DNA of 63,956 bases, filler included, from Octopus bimaculoides (lineage: Eukaryota): NCBI RefSeq assembly GCF_001194135.2. It is 8 parts of 8 records of this genome, joined end to end, with 100 filler letters (N's around TTAATTAATTAA, not from the genome) between each part and the next. Parts side by side here need not be neighbours in the genome. Positions count along the whole stretch, not along the records: positions 15,909 to 30,074 come from NC_069007.1; positions 30,175 to 40,305 come from NC_068990.1; 6 more parts are not named here. The stretch is one strand, 5' to 3'. Below, piece after piece: positions 26,372 to 39,366 of the stretch. The position numbers were made by a program, and so were the translations under genes. Each line of letters starts with the position of its first letter. Position 1 is the stretch's first letter. The notes under the pieces are model-generated. The model did no database searches. It had not been told where the DNA came from and saw only the letters and a program-made list of their open reading frames with translations.

Positions 26372-27684
26372 GTATACGTTCATCTCGCCGAATTCTTCGT
26401 GTTTGCTTTGAATGGTAACATAATCTTGAATGTTGCCATGTATATAAATATAGATGAATAATAGGTAAGCAATGAGTTAAATACTTTGATAAATTATTTA
26501 ACTGTTCTGCGCCTTATTTTAACTGATTTGCGACATCGATTACTTATTTATGCATACATACCTACACAAACACATAATTGTAATGTCTCACATTGACAGG
26601 ATAATTTTATTTAAAGCATTTTTTATTTAGATGAGTATATGTATTTATTATTGGTTTTATTAAAGTGATTGATGTTTGAGTTGAGGTAGCTAAAACACAC
26701 ACACACATATATATAATTTCTCCATTTTCTTTTTCCAGACAATTGAAGACACATGACCACGTGGCATTGAAATAGACAAAGAAAAGTGCCGTATCTCAAT
26801 ACACCAAAGAATTTAAACAACATTCTAACGATTCTGAGAATACAACAACTCTAAAGCATAAAGAACCCGCGCCGCGTTAGCGTTGGGTGCCCAAGTATGC
26901 AGAACCCCACCTTATTTTGTTAAAGTTGAAAAACACATTTCGTAAATCCAAAAAGGTGATGGTGTGAAATGATCCTGCGAAAAAATGTTAATAAATACAA
27001 TTATCTGTAACATCCTTCATTTTGAATAAAATAAATTAAAATGATATTTGTTTGGACTTCATTTTTTTTGTTTTGATTTTCGCTGATAGAATGATGATAA
27101 TATTTGTAATGGGCGTCGAGCTGGCAGAAACGTTAGCAAACCGGGCGAAATGCTTAGTGGTATTTCGTCTGCCGTTACGTTCTGAGTTCAAATTCCGCCG
27201 AGGTCGACTTTGCCTTTCATCCTTTCGCGGTCGATTAAATAAGTACCAGTTAAGCACTAGGGGTCGATATAATCGACTTAGTCCCTTTGTCTGTCCTTGC
27301 TTGTCCCCTCTATGTTTAACCTCCTGTGGGCAATAAAGAAATAGATAATATTTGTAATGAAAACTTCATTGTGAACAGAAATTGAAATACAGTTTTGATA
27401 TAATGTCTATCAATTGTTTGTTTGTGTTCGAGGATTTGTATCTCTGGGCGTGGGTCCTGGTTGAGCATGCTCCTTTCGGAAGACAAACAAACGTATGCTC
27501 ATTGAGGTAGAACAATCGTTAATTTTAGCTTTCGCATAATAGATAAATTAGGAGTAAACACCGGCTGGACTGGTAATGTCATTCAACTTATCTTGGCTTC
27601 GGCGCACCTTAAGAATACAGGATGGTTTCAAATCAAGCAGCTTCACAGAATATAGCAGTATACTGCTATATAGGTATCCAGGTC

Positions 27685-28080
27685 TGTGGAGGCGCAATGG
27701 CCCAGTGGTTCGGGCAGCGGACGCGCGGTCATAGGATCGCGGTTTCGATTCCCAGACCGGGCGTTGTGAGTGTTTATTGAGCGAAAACACCTAAAGCTCC
27801 ACGAGGCTCCGGCAGGGGATGGTGGCGAACCCTGCTGTACTCTTTCACCACATCTTTCTCTCACTCTTACTTCCTGTTTCTGTTGTGCCTGTAATTCAAA
27901 GGGTCAGCCTTGTCACACTGTGTCACACTGTGTCACGCTGAATATCCCCGAGAACTACGTTAAAGGTACACGTGTCTGTGGAGTGCTCAGCCATTTTGCA
28001 CGTTAATTTCACGAGCAGGCTGTTCCATTGATCGGATCAACTGGAACCCTTGACGTCGTAAGCGACGGAGTGCCAACAAC
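27685..28080 (+). mobile_element. Full-length SINE family A with a perfect 13-bp TSD
   Basis: AGGTATCCAGGTC at 27672-27684 and 28081-28093; near-identical to the 24011 copy. Confidence 0.95.
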
Positions 28081-28339
28081 AGGTATCCAGGTCATATGAC
28101 CCGGAAGTGAGCAACCACTCTTAGAGTGGAAAATATGAAACACAACTATGAAACATTATGCCATTTTGGGCATCCACATATATATCCGAGTTTCGGCTTT
28201 TGGAAATTTCATCCTTGAGCCTCTCCAGTGTTGACCACCCAGTAAAAATTCAAGCCCGTCACGTTATATTCCGTTTGTGTACTGGTTTTGTTTTGCGCCA
28301 AAAACACAGCACAGTGTTTGAATGTTTTGTCCATAAATA

Positions 28340-28963
28340 TTTTTGCACCATGTGCCTAATAGTCGGAGGTACTGAGATAGAAAAGGCGAGCAGCTATATG
28401 TATCTCGGTCAAGAAGTGACTATGAGGCGAGAGATGGGGAATGGGTTCTCGCGAGAGGAAAGAGCAGGATGGAGAGTATTCAATTCGGTGAAGGATGTAT
28501 CGAAGGCAAGGCAACTCGCGCCAATCTCTTCAGCAGCACAGTCAGTCTTGCCTGCAATGTGAGACTTGGACCTCGACGAAGAGAGAACAACATCTGCTTG
28601 CAGCGCAGAGAGCCATGGAAAGATCGATATTGGAAAGAACGCTGAGAGATCACATTCCGAAACGAACCGATCAGGAACAGAACTGGAATGAAGGACGTCG
28701 TCACAGAATATCACCACGCGAAGCTACGATAGGCCGGTCATGTCGCAGGGTCCAAAGACGATCGATGAACTCGTGTATACATATCGAGTGGTACCCGTGC
28801 GAACGGAAGAGACCGCTCGGAAGACCTCCAATGATAATTTCAGAAAAATGTTTGGGACAACGTGGCGGAGAATGGCGAGAGCACGAGAGGAATGGAACGA
28901 ATGCTGTGGCCAACGGAGCCGACTCGGCACCAGACAGCCTGGCCGATCCAGGTCAGCCGGCTA

Positions 28964-28964
<1 letters not shown>
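28340..28964 (+). mobile_element. RTE-1-like LINE 3' fragment (end of RT and C-terminal region)
   Basis: VGGTEIEKASSYMYLGQEV..RAGWRVFNSVKDV..CETWTSTKRE..AAQRAMERSIL..AGHV..EWYPCERKRPLGRPP..TWRRMARAREEW, typical of the RTE ORF C-terminus; frameshifted. Confidence 0.88.
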
Positions 28965-29001
<37 letters not shown>

Positions 29002-30411
29002 NNNNNNNNNNNNNNNNNNNNNNNNNNNNNNNNNNNNNNNNNNNNNNNNNNNNNNNNNNNNNNNNNNNNNNNNNNNNNNNNNNNNNNNNNNNNNNNNNNN
29101 NNNNNNNNNNNNNNNNNNNNNNNNNNNNNNNNNNNNNNNNNNNNNNNNNNNNNNNNNNNNNNNNNNNNNNNNNNNNNNNNNNNNNNNNNNNNNNNNNNNN
29201 NNNNNNNNNNNNNNNNNNNNNNNNNNNNNNNNNNNNNNNNNNNNNNNNNNNNNNNNNNNNNNNNNNNNNNNNNNNNNNNNNNNNNNNNNNNNNNNNNNNN
29301 NNNNNNNNNNNNNNNNNNNNNNNNNNNNNNNNNNNNNNNNNNNNNNNNNNNNNNNNNNNNNNNNNNNNNNNNNNNNNNNNNNNNNNNNNNNNNNNNNNNN
29401 NNNNNNNNNNNNNNNNNNNNNNNNNNNNNNNNNNNNNNNNNNNNNNNNNNNNNNNNNNNNNNNNNNNNNNNNNNNNNNNNNNNNNNNNNNNNNNNNNNNN
29501 NNNNNNNNNNNNNNNNNNNNNNNNNNNNNNNNNNNNNNNNNNNNNNNNNNNNNNNNNNNNNNNNNNNNNNNNNNNNNNNNNNNNNNNNNNNNNNNNNNNN
29601 NNNNNNNNNNNNNATATATCATAACGAAGTTGCTATTTTGAAGCAGGTCTCATAATAACAATGGAATATTAATAGACGGGCTGGTTCTATATATACATTT
29701 ATATTCAGAGAAGAGGGGTACGTTTATTGTGAAGATGAAGCTGACTGGGACTTCATGATAATTTTATATATGTATATACATTAATACACAAATACACACA
29801 CATATATATATATAAATATATACACACACATAAAAAGCGAGTGGATTTGTAATTTTTCTCATGAACAGCTATATTTATTCACATGTGTTTGTGAGGGAAA
29901 TGCGAGTGTGTACAACCCTCATGCTTATATAATGTATGTCTATCTATTTATTTATCTATCAATATATATATATATATATGCACATATATGTATATTATAT
30001 ATTTATATACACATATATATATTTATATGTGTATATATAGATGTAGATGTATGTATATATATATATATATATATNNNNNNNNNNNNNNNNNNNNNNNNNN
30101 NNNNNNNNNNNNNNNNNNTTAATTAATTAANNNNNNNNNNNNNNNNNNNNNNNNNNNNNNNNNNNNNNNNNNNNTCACAGACAGGAAGAGCAGTGTCCCT
30201 TAGCATTTTCAGGGACCTGAATACTTGTAATAAAGTGGGCTCTTCTAATGGCATCTATGAAATAGAAACTGGAGTTTTCTTACAGCAATATTTAAATGAC
30301 ATTTAACCAGAGAACTACAATTCAACTATCAGAAATAAGTATATATATATACAATCTTTTGATTTTCAAGATACTAATATCGAAATGTTTTTGTCTTTTC
30401 ACTCTCTTCAG

Positions 30412-30450
30412 GAAATGCCCCAGAGCCAACAGCATCCTTCATTGATACGA
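30412..30450 (+). CDS. Same gene, 39-nt exon (EMPQSQQHPSLIR, phase 0-0)
   Basis: Acceptor ttgtcttttcactctcttcag, donor ACGA|GTAAGT. Confidence 0.65.
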
Positions 30451-31213
30451 GTAAGTATTTATCAAATTGTTCTTTTCTACTCTAGGAACAAGGCCTGAAA
30501 TTTGGGGGGAGGTGGGGAGGGGCAGTCTATTAGATCAATGGTACTTAATTTGTCGACCCCGAAAGATGAAAGACAAAATCAACCTTGGCGGTTTTTGAAC
30601 TCAGAACATAAAGACAGTCAAAATACCGCTAAGCATTTCGCCCAGCGTGCTAATGTTTGTGGCAGCGCCACCTCAAGTATTTATCAAATTATTGTTGTAA
30701 TGCTGGAGTTTCATTAGAATGACACTTTTTGACTGTGAAGAAAGTTGTGTATTTTGGTCCCTTTTGAGTTTTGATTATTTATCACAAATGCTTTGCAAGC
30801 CATCTGTCTATATGTCTCTGTCTTATCTGCCTGTCCATCTATCTTTCTACTTCTCTATCTGTCTGTCTAAAATAAGAAACCCTGTTTAATTCTTCTCATT
30901 TGTAGTTTGTTGAGTTTAAAATGCTTTATTTACTTGGTTTCTCAGCTTTAGATTAATTGATATCAGTTAAATTCGTTTACATCCACGTATGTGTGACATG
31001 TACTAAAACATTTAATATACAGGGACCAATAAAATAATGCTTTCTGTTATAGGTACAGGGCATAATAATACCTGACTAAATATAAACCCATAAAACACTT
31101 GTAGGCAATACTATATGGTCATTGCCCAAAGACTAAAAGCAGTTATAAATTTATATATTTTTACTGATATCTGTAGTTCAACTTCAACCATGCTGAGACA
31201 CTACCTTCTAGAG

Positions 31214-31416
31214 CAGTGTTTCTCAACCTTTGTCTACTTGTGGATCCGTTTGTTTCCTGTTTTACTCAGCTGGGCCCCAATAGGAATTGTATAAAAAAGA
31301 ATTAAAATATTTTGTGTATTGTAAGAAGTGTAACCAATTTATTATACATTGATTTCAACAGCAAAGACCCTATATCAACCCCTAAGGACCATATGGATCC
31401 CATTTGAGAACCACTG
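31214..31416. mobile_element. hAT (Charlie-like) MITE
   Basis: TIRs CAGTGTTTCTCAA / TTGAGAACCACTG; degenerate 8-bp TSD ttctagag / atctcgag. Confidence 0.8.
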
Positions 31417-32344
31417 ATCTCGAGTATAGTTGATTATATCAACATTGAAAGGATGAAAGGTAAAGATCAATGTGGGAAGAATATGAATGCAAAATGTATT
31501 GGAATGTAACCAAGTACCACAATATACATATATACATGTGTGGTTGTATGGTAAGTTTGCTTACCAACCATATGGTTCTGGGTTCAGTCCCATTGCATGG
31601 CATGATGGGCAAGTGCCGTATATTATAGACTCAGGCCAATCAAAACCTTATGAGTAGATTTTACTGACAGAAACTGAAAGAAGCCTGTCGTAAATGTGTG
31701 TGAGTTCTAGTCATTGGACTGCAACCATGCTGGGGCACTGCCTTAAATTTCTAGTCAAATGAACCAACCCTAGTCCTTATTTCTTTTTAAGCCTGCTGCT
31801 TGTTCTATCTGTCTTTTTGCCAAACTGTTAAGTTATGGGAGCACAAACACACCAATACCAGTTGTCAAGTGCTGGTCGGTGGGATAGACAGACACACATA
31901 AATATATATACTTATATATATTGAGTCATCCCATAAATAGTGTGGGATTTTTTATGCTGCTTTTATTTTTTAAAATGAACATAAACAAAGTTCTTCTTTG
32001 ATCTAAAATATACTTTCCTTCATTTTCTACAATGTTCTCCTTGCTCAATTTGCTAGGAATAGTAGCCAAAGCCCCCCTCAAATCACATCCTAAAGAATAT
32101 ATCATAACTGATAGTTAGATACCTCTGAAAAGTTGTGATGGCCACGGTTGGGATATCTCTGGGTATAGGTAGAATATAATCTGCAGTTAAAATATCTAAT
32201 GTCTATTGATTTTTGGAGTGGGTTGACTTTCATCAACAAAATCACTCTGTTATTACCAATATTATGTGTCACATCTTCAGTTCTTTAGCAAAAAATAATC
32301 CAACTAGCTATTCTGAAATCTCCTTTTTTCTCTTTTTTTTACAG

Positions 32345-32446
32345 AAAAACCGGAAAGGTTATTTCCAGTTTCTGCGTGATCAAGAATTGGAGGGTTTAAC
32401 TGATTTCATTTCACGGTTCATTGATTCTCGGTTAGATTTGCAAACA
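32345..32446 (+). CDS. Same gene, 102-nt exon (KNRKGYFQFLRDQELEGLTDFISRFIDSRLDLQT, phase 0-0)
   Basis: Long polypyrimidine tract plus acag acceptor, donor AACA|GTAAGT; only frame 0 is open. Confidence 0.7.
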
Positions 32447-35004
32447 GTAAGTTTCTCTTCTTAATAACTGCTCACAAACACCCTAATATATACTAGGGCA
32501 TCTGTTTGGGTCATCAATTAGTTAGTTCTTATTCAGACAGGTTGATTGGGGTGAAGGTGAGGACCATACTTTTCTCATACATTCTAATTTTGGCAGTTTC
32601 TTTGTTTGGATGTCATTTTTAACACCAACTACTTTACACAGTATACTGGCACCAGCACAAGAGAGGTTGTCATTTCCTCAACAGGCTAAAACTAATACCA
32701 AACACTTTACAGAGTGTATTGGCTGCTTTTGACGTGGCACCATCACCAATGCTTTTTACATCAATTTGTTGAATCAATAAATTTATTCCAGATAGAGTAA
32801 TGAAGGCAGAAGGTGAAATCTTTAGCAAAACCAGTATTTACAACTTGAGAGAAATTTTACCNNNNNNNNNNNNNNNNNNNNNNNNNNNNNNNNNNNNNNN
32901 NNNNNNNNNNNNNNNNNNNNNNNNNNNNNNNNNNNNNNNNNNNNNNNNNNNNNNNNNNNNNNNNNNNNNNNNNNNNNNNNNNNNNNNNNNNNNNNNNNNN
33001 NNNNNNNNNNNNNNNNNNNNNNNNNNNNNNNNNNNNNNNNNNNNNNNNNNNNNNNNNNNNNNNNNNNNNNNNNNNNNNNNNNNNNNNNNNNNNNNNNNNN
33101 NNNNNNNNNNNNNNNNNNNNNNNNNNNNNNNNNNNNNNNNNNNNNNNNNNNNNNNNNNNNNNNNNNNNNNNNNNNNNNNNNNNNNNNNNNNNNNNNNNNN
33201 NNNNNNNNNNNNNNNNNNNNNNNNNNNNNNNNNNNNNNNNNNNNNNNNNNNNNNNNNNNNNNNNNNNNNNNNNNNNNNNNNNNNNNNNNNNNNNNNNNNN
33301 NNNNNNNNNNNNNNNNNNNNNNNNNNNNNNNNNNNNNNNNNNNNNNNNNNNNNNNNNNNNNNNNNNNNNNNNNNNNNNNNNNNNNNNNNNNNNNNNNNNN
33401 NNNNNNNNNNNNNNNNNNNNNNNNNNNNNNNNNNNNNNNCATTGAGTTACCTGTGCATCAATATCTCTATTACCATACTTGAACACAATCAGTGGTCAAG
33501 TAATTTTCCTCTTCATAAAATGGGAGCTGCTGTCTGGGTACTTTGATGCAGGTAACTCATTGTGCCCAGCCTTTCACTTTGTGCCAGTCTAGCTGAGTAT
33601 CTAAGGTGCTCAGTGAATGGATGAGTGTATTTGATTGAAATAATTTGATGTAGATTAACAATAGAAATTGATGATTGTTGATGAAATGCATGAGTGTCTA
33701 TGTCCAAAGTAGGAGAGTACACAACCAACCAAAGAGGAAGGGCTCTATGTGGTTGTATGATTAACAGCTGCTNNNNNNNNNNNNNNNNNNNNNNNNNNNN
33801 NNNNNNNNNNNNNNNNNNNNNNNNNNNNNNNNNNNNNNNNNNNNNNNNNNNNNNNNNNNNNNNNNNNNNNNNNNNNNATCTTACCAACTTGAAAAATGGG
33901 AAGACTCATTAGTTACTTCTGTGAGACCTGTTCAGGCAGTTATAATCAAAGGCATTCATTTAAGTTTTTTTTTTTTTTTTTTTTTTCAGACTACCCAATA
34001 TCTAAGAGCGTTTGATTTTAGTGAGATTCAGTTGCTATTTCTAACAGGTCGCTTGACTCCATAGAGAAGGGCTCTCTAATTAATTTGTAATGCAATATAA
34101 TCTACCACTTTAAGTTGTAGTTGCACTATTTTACTGATCAGCAGTTCATTACTTAAGAGTACTGAATTCAATAGTTCAAGAGTTACCATAAGAAAATGGG
34201 AAGCTTGCAAACTATTCTGAGCAGGGTTTAAGTCTTGTTCACTTGGGTACTGCACAAAGTGATGATAAACACTTGAGCAATGAACCATGGAGGTCTGTCA
34301 AGTGTGGACTGGACTATCTTGCGAGCCGACAATCTTTTTGTATTCAAGAGCAGTAAATAATTGCCGTATATTTTGGAGTCCCCATCCCTTCAGTTCTATG
34401 AACACCACTTGCATGCAGCTGCTCTTGTTTAACCATTTTTCTGTGTCGAACGTTTCACAACACAGTGTAGTTTAATTAATGACTCCTAATTTATTTAAAA
34501 TCCTGTTTGAATTATGAGGGCCATTTAAAAAAAAAACACAAGCACAGCAGTGACTGGTGAAACTTGGCTATATAGAAGAATTGGGGGGACAACACGATAG
34601 CAATGATACAATGATGACAGGATTAGGGAGCTAGAAATAAGCATAGGGCTTGAAAAAGAGGAAATGTGAGGAAGAAATGTAGTTTGGTTTGTTGGGGTAA
34701 GGTGTGTGAAATTCTTTCTTTATTATTATTCCAGGTGGGTGGAACACACGACACTCTTTGATCTCTTTCACTGTAGATGGCTTCGCAACTCAGTGTAGTT
34801 TAATTAATGACTCCTAATTTATTTAAAACCTGTTTGAGTAATGAGTGCCATTTTCAAACACACATACACTGTTATATTGTTTTTTGTTTGTTTGTTTCTT
34901 TTTGGTATTTTATATAATTGTGTGTCTAAGAATTTTATGTATTGACTGACTTAGTCATCAACACTTTGTTCCATTGTATATGTAGCCATGCAAATACTGG
35001 ATGT

Positions 35005-35044
<40 letters not shown>

Positions 35045-35048
35045 ACAC

Positions 35049-35269
35049 ACAAGGTGTTGCTGAAAAGTTTCTGGCTTTAAAGAATATCATGAAAGGCCTC
35101 GATGGAGACCCAACCTTCCAAGATCTTTTTCAGGACTTAGGAAAACTGAGGGATTATTGCAATAAGTGTGCAAATCTGAGAGGTAAATATGTTAAATAAA
35201 ATGATAATTAACTGATCCGCTTGCATTTTCTTTTACCTAAAGTCAGGAATTTTTCAGCACCCGCTTTGT
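35049..35269. mobile_element. Mariner-derived MITE, diverged relative of 39367-39577
   Basis: tgctgaaaagtttctggct ... agtcaggaatttttcagcaccc TIRs; internal remnant of the transposase end (KLRDYCNKCANLRGKYVK). Confidence 0.8.
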
Positions 35270-36582
35270 TCATATACATCAATCGTAAATCATGATGAAT
35301 AATGGTAACCTTTTAAAACCCACATATACCATTAGATTCACTTTGCAGGCATTTCTAAGGTATCCTATGACTTGAACTGTGTTAGTGACCTGCTTGCATA
35401 TCTCTGACAAAATCTTTTGACACTATTATAGTCCACACAGTTCTAAGTGGGTAGCCTTGTGAAGGACAGGTGTTCCATCCAGGGTAAATGTTGGTCTGCC
35501 TGCTTAGGCATCATTCAAATGCTACAATAATACATGGAAACGCATTGTGACCAGCTGTGTATAACATCCAGTAGTCTAGTTGATGTTTGTATAAATATTT
35601 ACTCTTTTATACTTATTTATATGAACATGTGTGTATGTGTGAGTGTGCATAAAATCTAAAAATGTTATAAAATAAAATAACTGAAAATTTATCAAAACCA
35701 TTTTTTCCTTTTGTTTTTTTGATTCATGTGTGTTGGAGTGAGTGGAATCAGGGATGGTGTTGGGGAAGGTTACATCACTTTGGCATCTGTTTTGTAGTAG
35801 TAAGTAGTAAACTAATTATTTTATCTTGGGATTTTTTTTTTTTTTTAAAGATATTCAATATGGTGTTTTTTGCAAAATGTACATAAAAAAAATATATTAA
35901 AAGGAAAAAAAGAGAAAGAACCACCAGAAACAATTCATAGTTAAAGGCCGAATAACAGACATGATTTNNNNNNNNNNCGAATCGGAATTCAGAGAATGCT
36001 GGAATAGTATAGGAGATAGGTTCAGTCTACTCCATGTTTTGTTTCTCCTTATATCAAAACTATGTGAATATCTTCTTAATGTGTCAGAATATGTGGGTTT
36101 ACGTGTTTTTTTTTTTTTGTGTTGTTTATTGCATGTGATTGTGTGTGTGTGTGTGTATACAGAAAAGTTGTACAAATTATTCCAATTGTTGTTTTGTAAA
36201 TAACCATATTAACTTCAACCATTCCACCCTCGTATTCATTACTGCCAATCACTTTGTTTACATGTGTGTGTATGTGTGCATATGTGTTTATGTATGTATG
36301 TGTGTAAATAAGTATTGTTTATCTGTATATCAGCTTTATATATATATGTATATATGGACATTTGTAGTGTTGTTGTGTACATGTATCTCTCTCTCTCTCA
36401 CAAGGCCACTTGGGGCACCATCTTGAAGGGTTTAGTCAAAGATATTGACCCCAGTCCTTATTTTTTAAAATCCAGTCCTTATTCTATTGGCTTCTTTTGT
36501 TGAGCCATTAAGTTACAGACATAAACAAACCAACAGTGGTGAAAGTCAAACACGTGTGTGTGTGTATGTATGTATGTGTGTG

Positions 36583-36613
<31 letters not shown>

Positions 36614-37524
36614 GAGGGGCTTTTTTAAAGTTTTTCTTTACTAAATCTACTTATGAGGCTGTGGTCGGGGCTCATGGCTATAGTAGAGGACATTTGTTCA
36701 AGGTGTCACACAGTGGGACTGAACTGAAAACCATGTTATTGGGAAGCAAACCTCTTGCCACACCTGTACCTATAAATTTCAATTCAGTTTGGTTCCTATC
36801 AAATTACTGGTACCAGAGTTGAACCACCCTTGTTTGGGGTACCAAATTCCCTAAGGTTCACTTTTGGTTCCCCTCTCTAGAAATTGTACCACCCAATGAT
36901 AGTCCAACCTTCACTATTTTGTTGCTCTGAAACCACCAAACACCATCAGGGTTCTACTGCAGGAATCTCTACTAAGCATTTGTGCCCTACATAGTCCATA
37001 AAACCAAATGTAAAATATTATTCAAAATAATTAACAGTGTCAATAATGAGTTGTTGAGGGGGCTAATACATGGTTGCTTAACCTGCCAGAAATATCTGCT
37101 ATATCTCTCTCAAACACACTTTACTGGCTTAGGAGAGTATATGGTGGATAATGTAGTCCTACATGCATTGTGCCTGGGAAGAAAGATGTCTGGAACAATT
37201 GTAACTAGGCTTGACTTGGGGCTAAAAATCAACAATAACAACAAGGAGTCCTTTGCATGGTCACTCAACATGCTAGAAATAATAGCCTTATTCTTTAATC
37301 TCATTAATTTAACCCCTATGGATGCCAACTTGCCTGAGACCACCCTTGGTTCTGTGATAGATATTGCCTGTTTTAAAGTGATCTAAATTCAAAGCTTCTA
37401 TTAGTATTTCATGTTTTAAACAACAGCTTAATAATACTGTTCTGTAATTTTGAGATGGGGAATTCTGTAGATTATTTACATTGGTAGGATTTTGAGCCCA
37501 ATCCTGGGTTCTCATTCCTAAGTT

Positions 37525-37558
<34 letters not shown>

Positions 37559-37574
37559 TTTTTTTTTTTTTGCT

Positions 37575-37995
37575 GTTATGCAGTCCATATGACATCAGGA
37601 CGGCATTCAAGAGTAATAGAGCACTTCGCAAATATCGCCTTCAAGTAGAACCACCAGGAGAAGAGAATATGACCAAAGACTGCGTGTAGTCCATCCCATG
37701 CAGTTATGGTAGGTTATACAAAGGTGAAACATGCCACCCACTCAAAAAATGTAGAGGAACATTGTAAAGCTGTGACACGAGGTGTTGAAAAATCGGGTAT
37801 AGCTGATCATGTATGGAAAAGTGGAGACCACCTTCCCCTGTGGAATGAAATTAAAATAATAGAGAACGCCCCTGGAAAATACGAAAACTAAAAGAGGCAA
37901 CACATATGCTAGGGCACAATAACTTCCTAAGCAGACCCAGTGCAGATACGAGTAGAATATGGGAACCTGTATCAAGGAAGGATGCAAAAATATTA
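37575..37995 (+). mobile_element. Penelope-like element GIY-YIG endonuclease fragment
   Basis: DIRTAFKSNRALRK..KDCV*SIPCSYGRLYKGETCHPLK..EEHCKAVTRG..EKSGIADHVWKSGDHLPLWNEIKII..KIRKLKEA..LSRPS, matching the GIY-YIG layout of PLE ORFs. Confidence 0.85.
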
Positions 37996-38505
37996 GGTCT
38001 ATAAGCCCTAAAATTCACTCTATGACTTAGCGGTTCGGCAAAAAAACCGATAGAAAAGTACTAAGCTTACAAAGAATGAGTCCTGAGGTTGATTTGTTCG
38101 ATTAAAGGCGGTGCTTCAGCATGGTTGCAGGCAAATGACTGACACAAATAAACGAACGTGTGTGTGCGTATTTAAGAATCTGTGATGGTATTTATGTTTC
38201 TGTATTGATATTTATCCCCACCAACATTCGTTAATGTGTTAGCTTGTTTTCACCCCCGTTACTTAACAGTTCGACAAAAGACCGATAGAATAAGTATCAG
38301 ACTTTAAAAGAATAAGCACTGGTAAATTTGTTCCACTAAACCCTTTGAGGCGGCGCCTCAGCACGGCAAAAACATGACTGAAAGAAGTAACACACACACA
38401 CACACATGGAGAGAGAGAGTTCAATTTACAGAAAACAAAAGGCGAAGTCACGTGAAGGAGCAACAAACAGATGTATTAGTTTAACGATCTGGAAGAATGG
38501 AAAAG

Positions 38506-38543
38506 TCTTTGATGTTTCGAGCCTACGCTCTTCAGCAGAAAGG
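38506..38543 (-). ncRNA. Hammerhead motif (family E), core CUGCUGA, probably inactivated
   Basis: CCUUU-CUGCUGA-A-GAGC-GUAG-GCUC-GAAAC-AUC-AAAGA; a CpG-type G>A change breaks the stem III C-G pair. Lies in a family E copy at about 38408-38600. Confidence 0.6.
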
Positions 38544-38922
38544 ATTGAGAGGGAAAACAATGGGGAGAGAAATAAATGTGTAGGGATTAACGGTTTAACT
38601 TGATGCTATGTAAATGGAGTTACCAAATGATTTACAATTGTTTTATCATTATTCAGTACAACTAATCTTGCGTAATGCTGTAGCCATTCGGGCAACTATT
38701 GATTAATTTTTATGTGCTATGTAGGATTTCTTTATAACACATGTTGAACATATGTCTTGAAAATTTCTTTAAAAATATGCTGACTGATTCTGAAATCTAA
38801 ATAAATACGCAGCGAGTTGGGTGGTCTACATGATCACGTTTTTGTAAGAGAAACAAATGAATGCGAGAAACTGAGCAGATTAAGAAAATATTTGTATGAT
38901 ATACGGAATTTGCCATCTAAAT

Positions 38923-39261
38923 CAGTAGTTCTCAACGGCGCCATTTGAACCCTGTGGGGCCATAAAAGATTTTGGGGGAGTCCACGCAAGCAAGATATTA
39001 AATTGGGGACCCACAGTAATATATTACGGGTCCATGAAAAAATTTTGCTTTTGATGTGTTTATTGCAAGAAACAGATTTCTTTCTCTAATGTTTTACATA
39101 GTTCAACCTACACAAGTCAATGTGCGAAAAGCAAAATAGAAATTTTTAAAAATATATATATAATACTAGTTTTTAAACATCAAAGGGTTATGGAGGTCTA
39201 CTAGAATAAAATAGTAATGAAAGGGATCCATAGTTGAAAACAAAATGGTTGAGAGCCACTG
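38923..39261. mobile_element. hAT (Charlie-like) MITE
   Basis: TIRs CAGTAGTTCTCAAC / GTTGAGAGCCACTG; TSD atctaaat / atttaaaa (6/8). Confidence 0.82.
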
Positions 39262-39366
39262 ATTTAAAAGCTTGTATGGAAGTTCTTTGCAAAATACTCT
39301 AATTTGAACGAAATACAACCTAGAAAATATTGACCCAGTGAAAAACCTGTTCAGTCATGGAAAGTA

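Noticed and set aside
33444-33560. Short inverted repeat gagttacctg(tg)catcaa / ttgatgcaggtaactc
   Set aside because: Only about 16 bp, truncated by a gap and probably part of a dispersed repeat; too little evidence for a functional structure.
33990-34064. Possible exon after a poly-T tract (TTQYLRAFDFSEIQLLFLT)
   Set aside because: Most of it resembles a dispersed repeat also seen near 24940 and 58995 (gattt..gctgctatttct..), so the acceptor is probably fortuitous.
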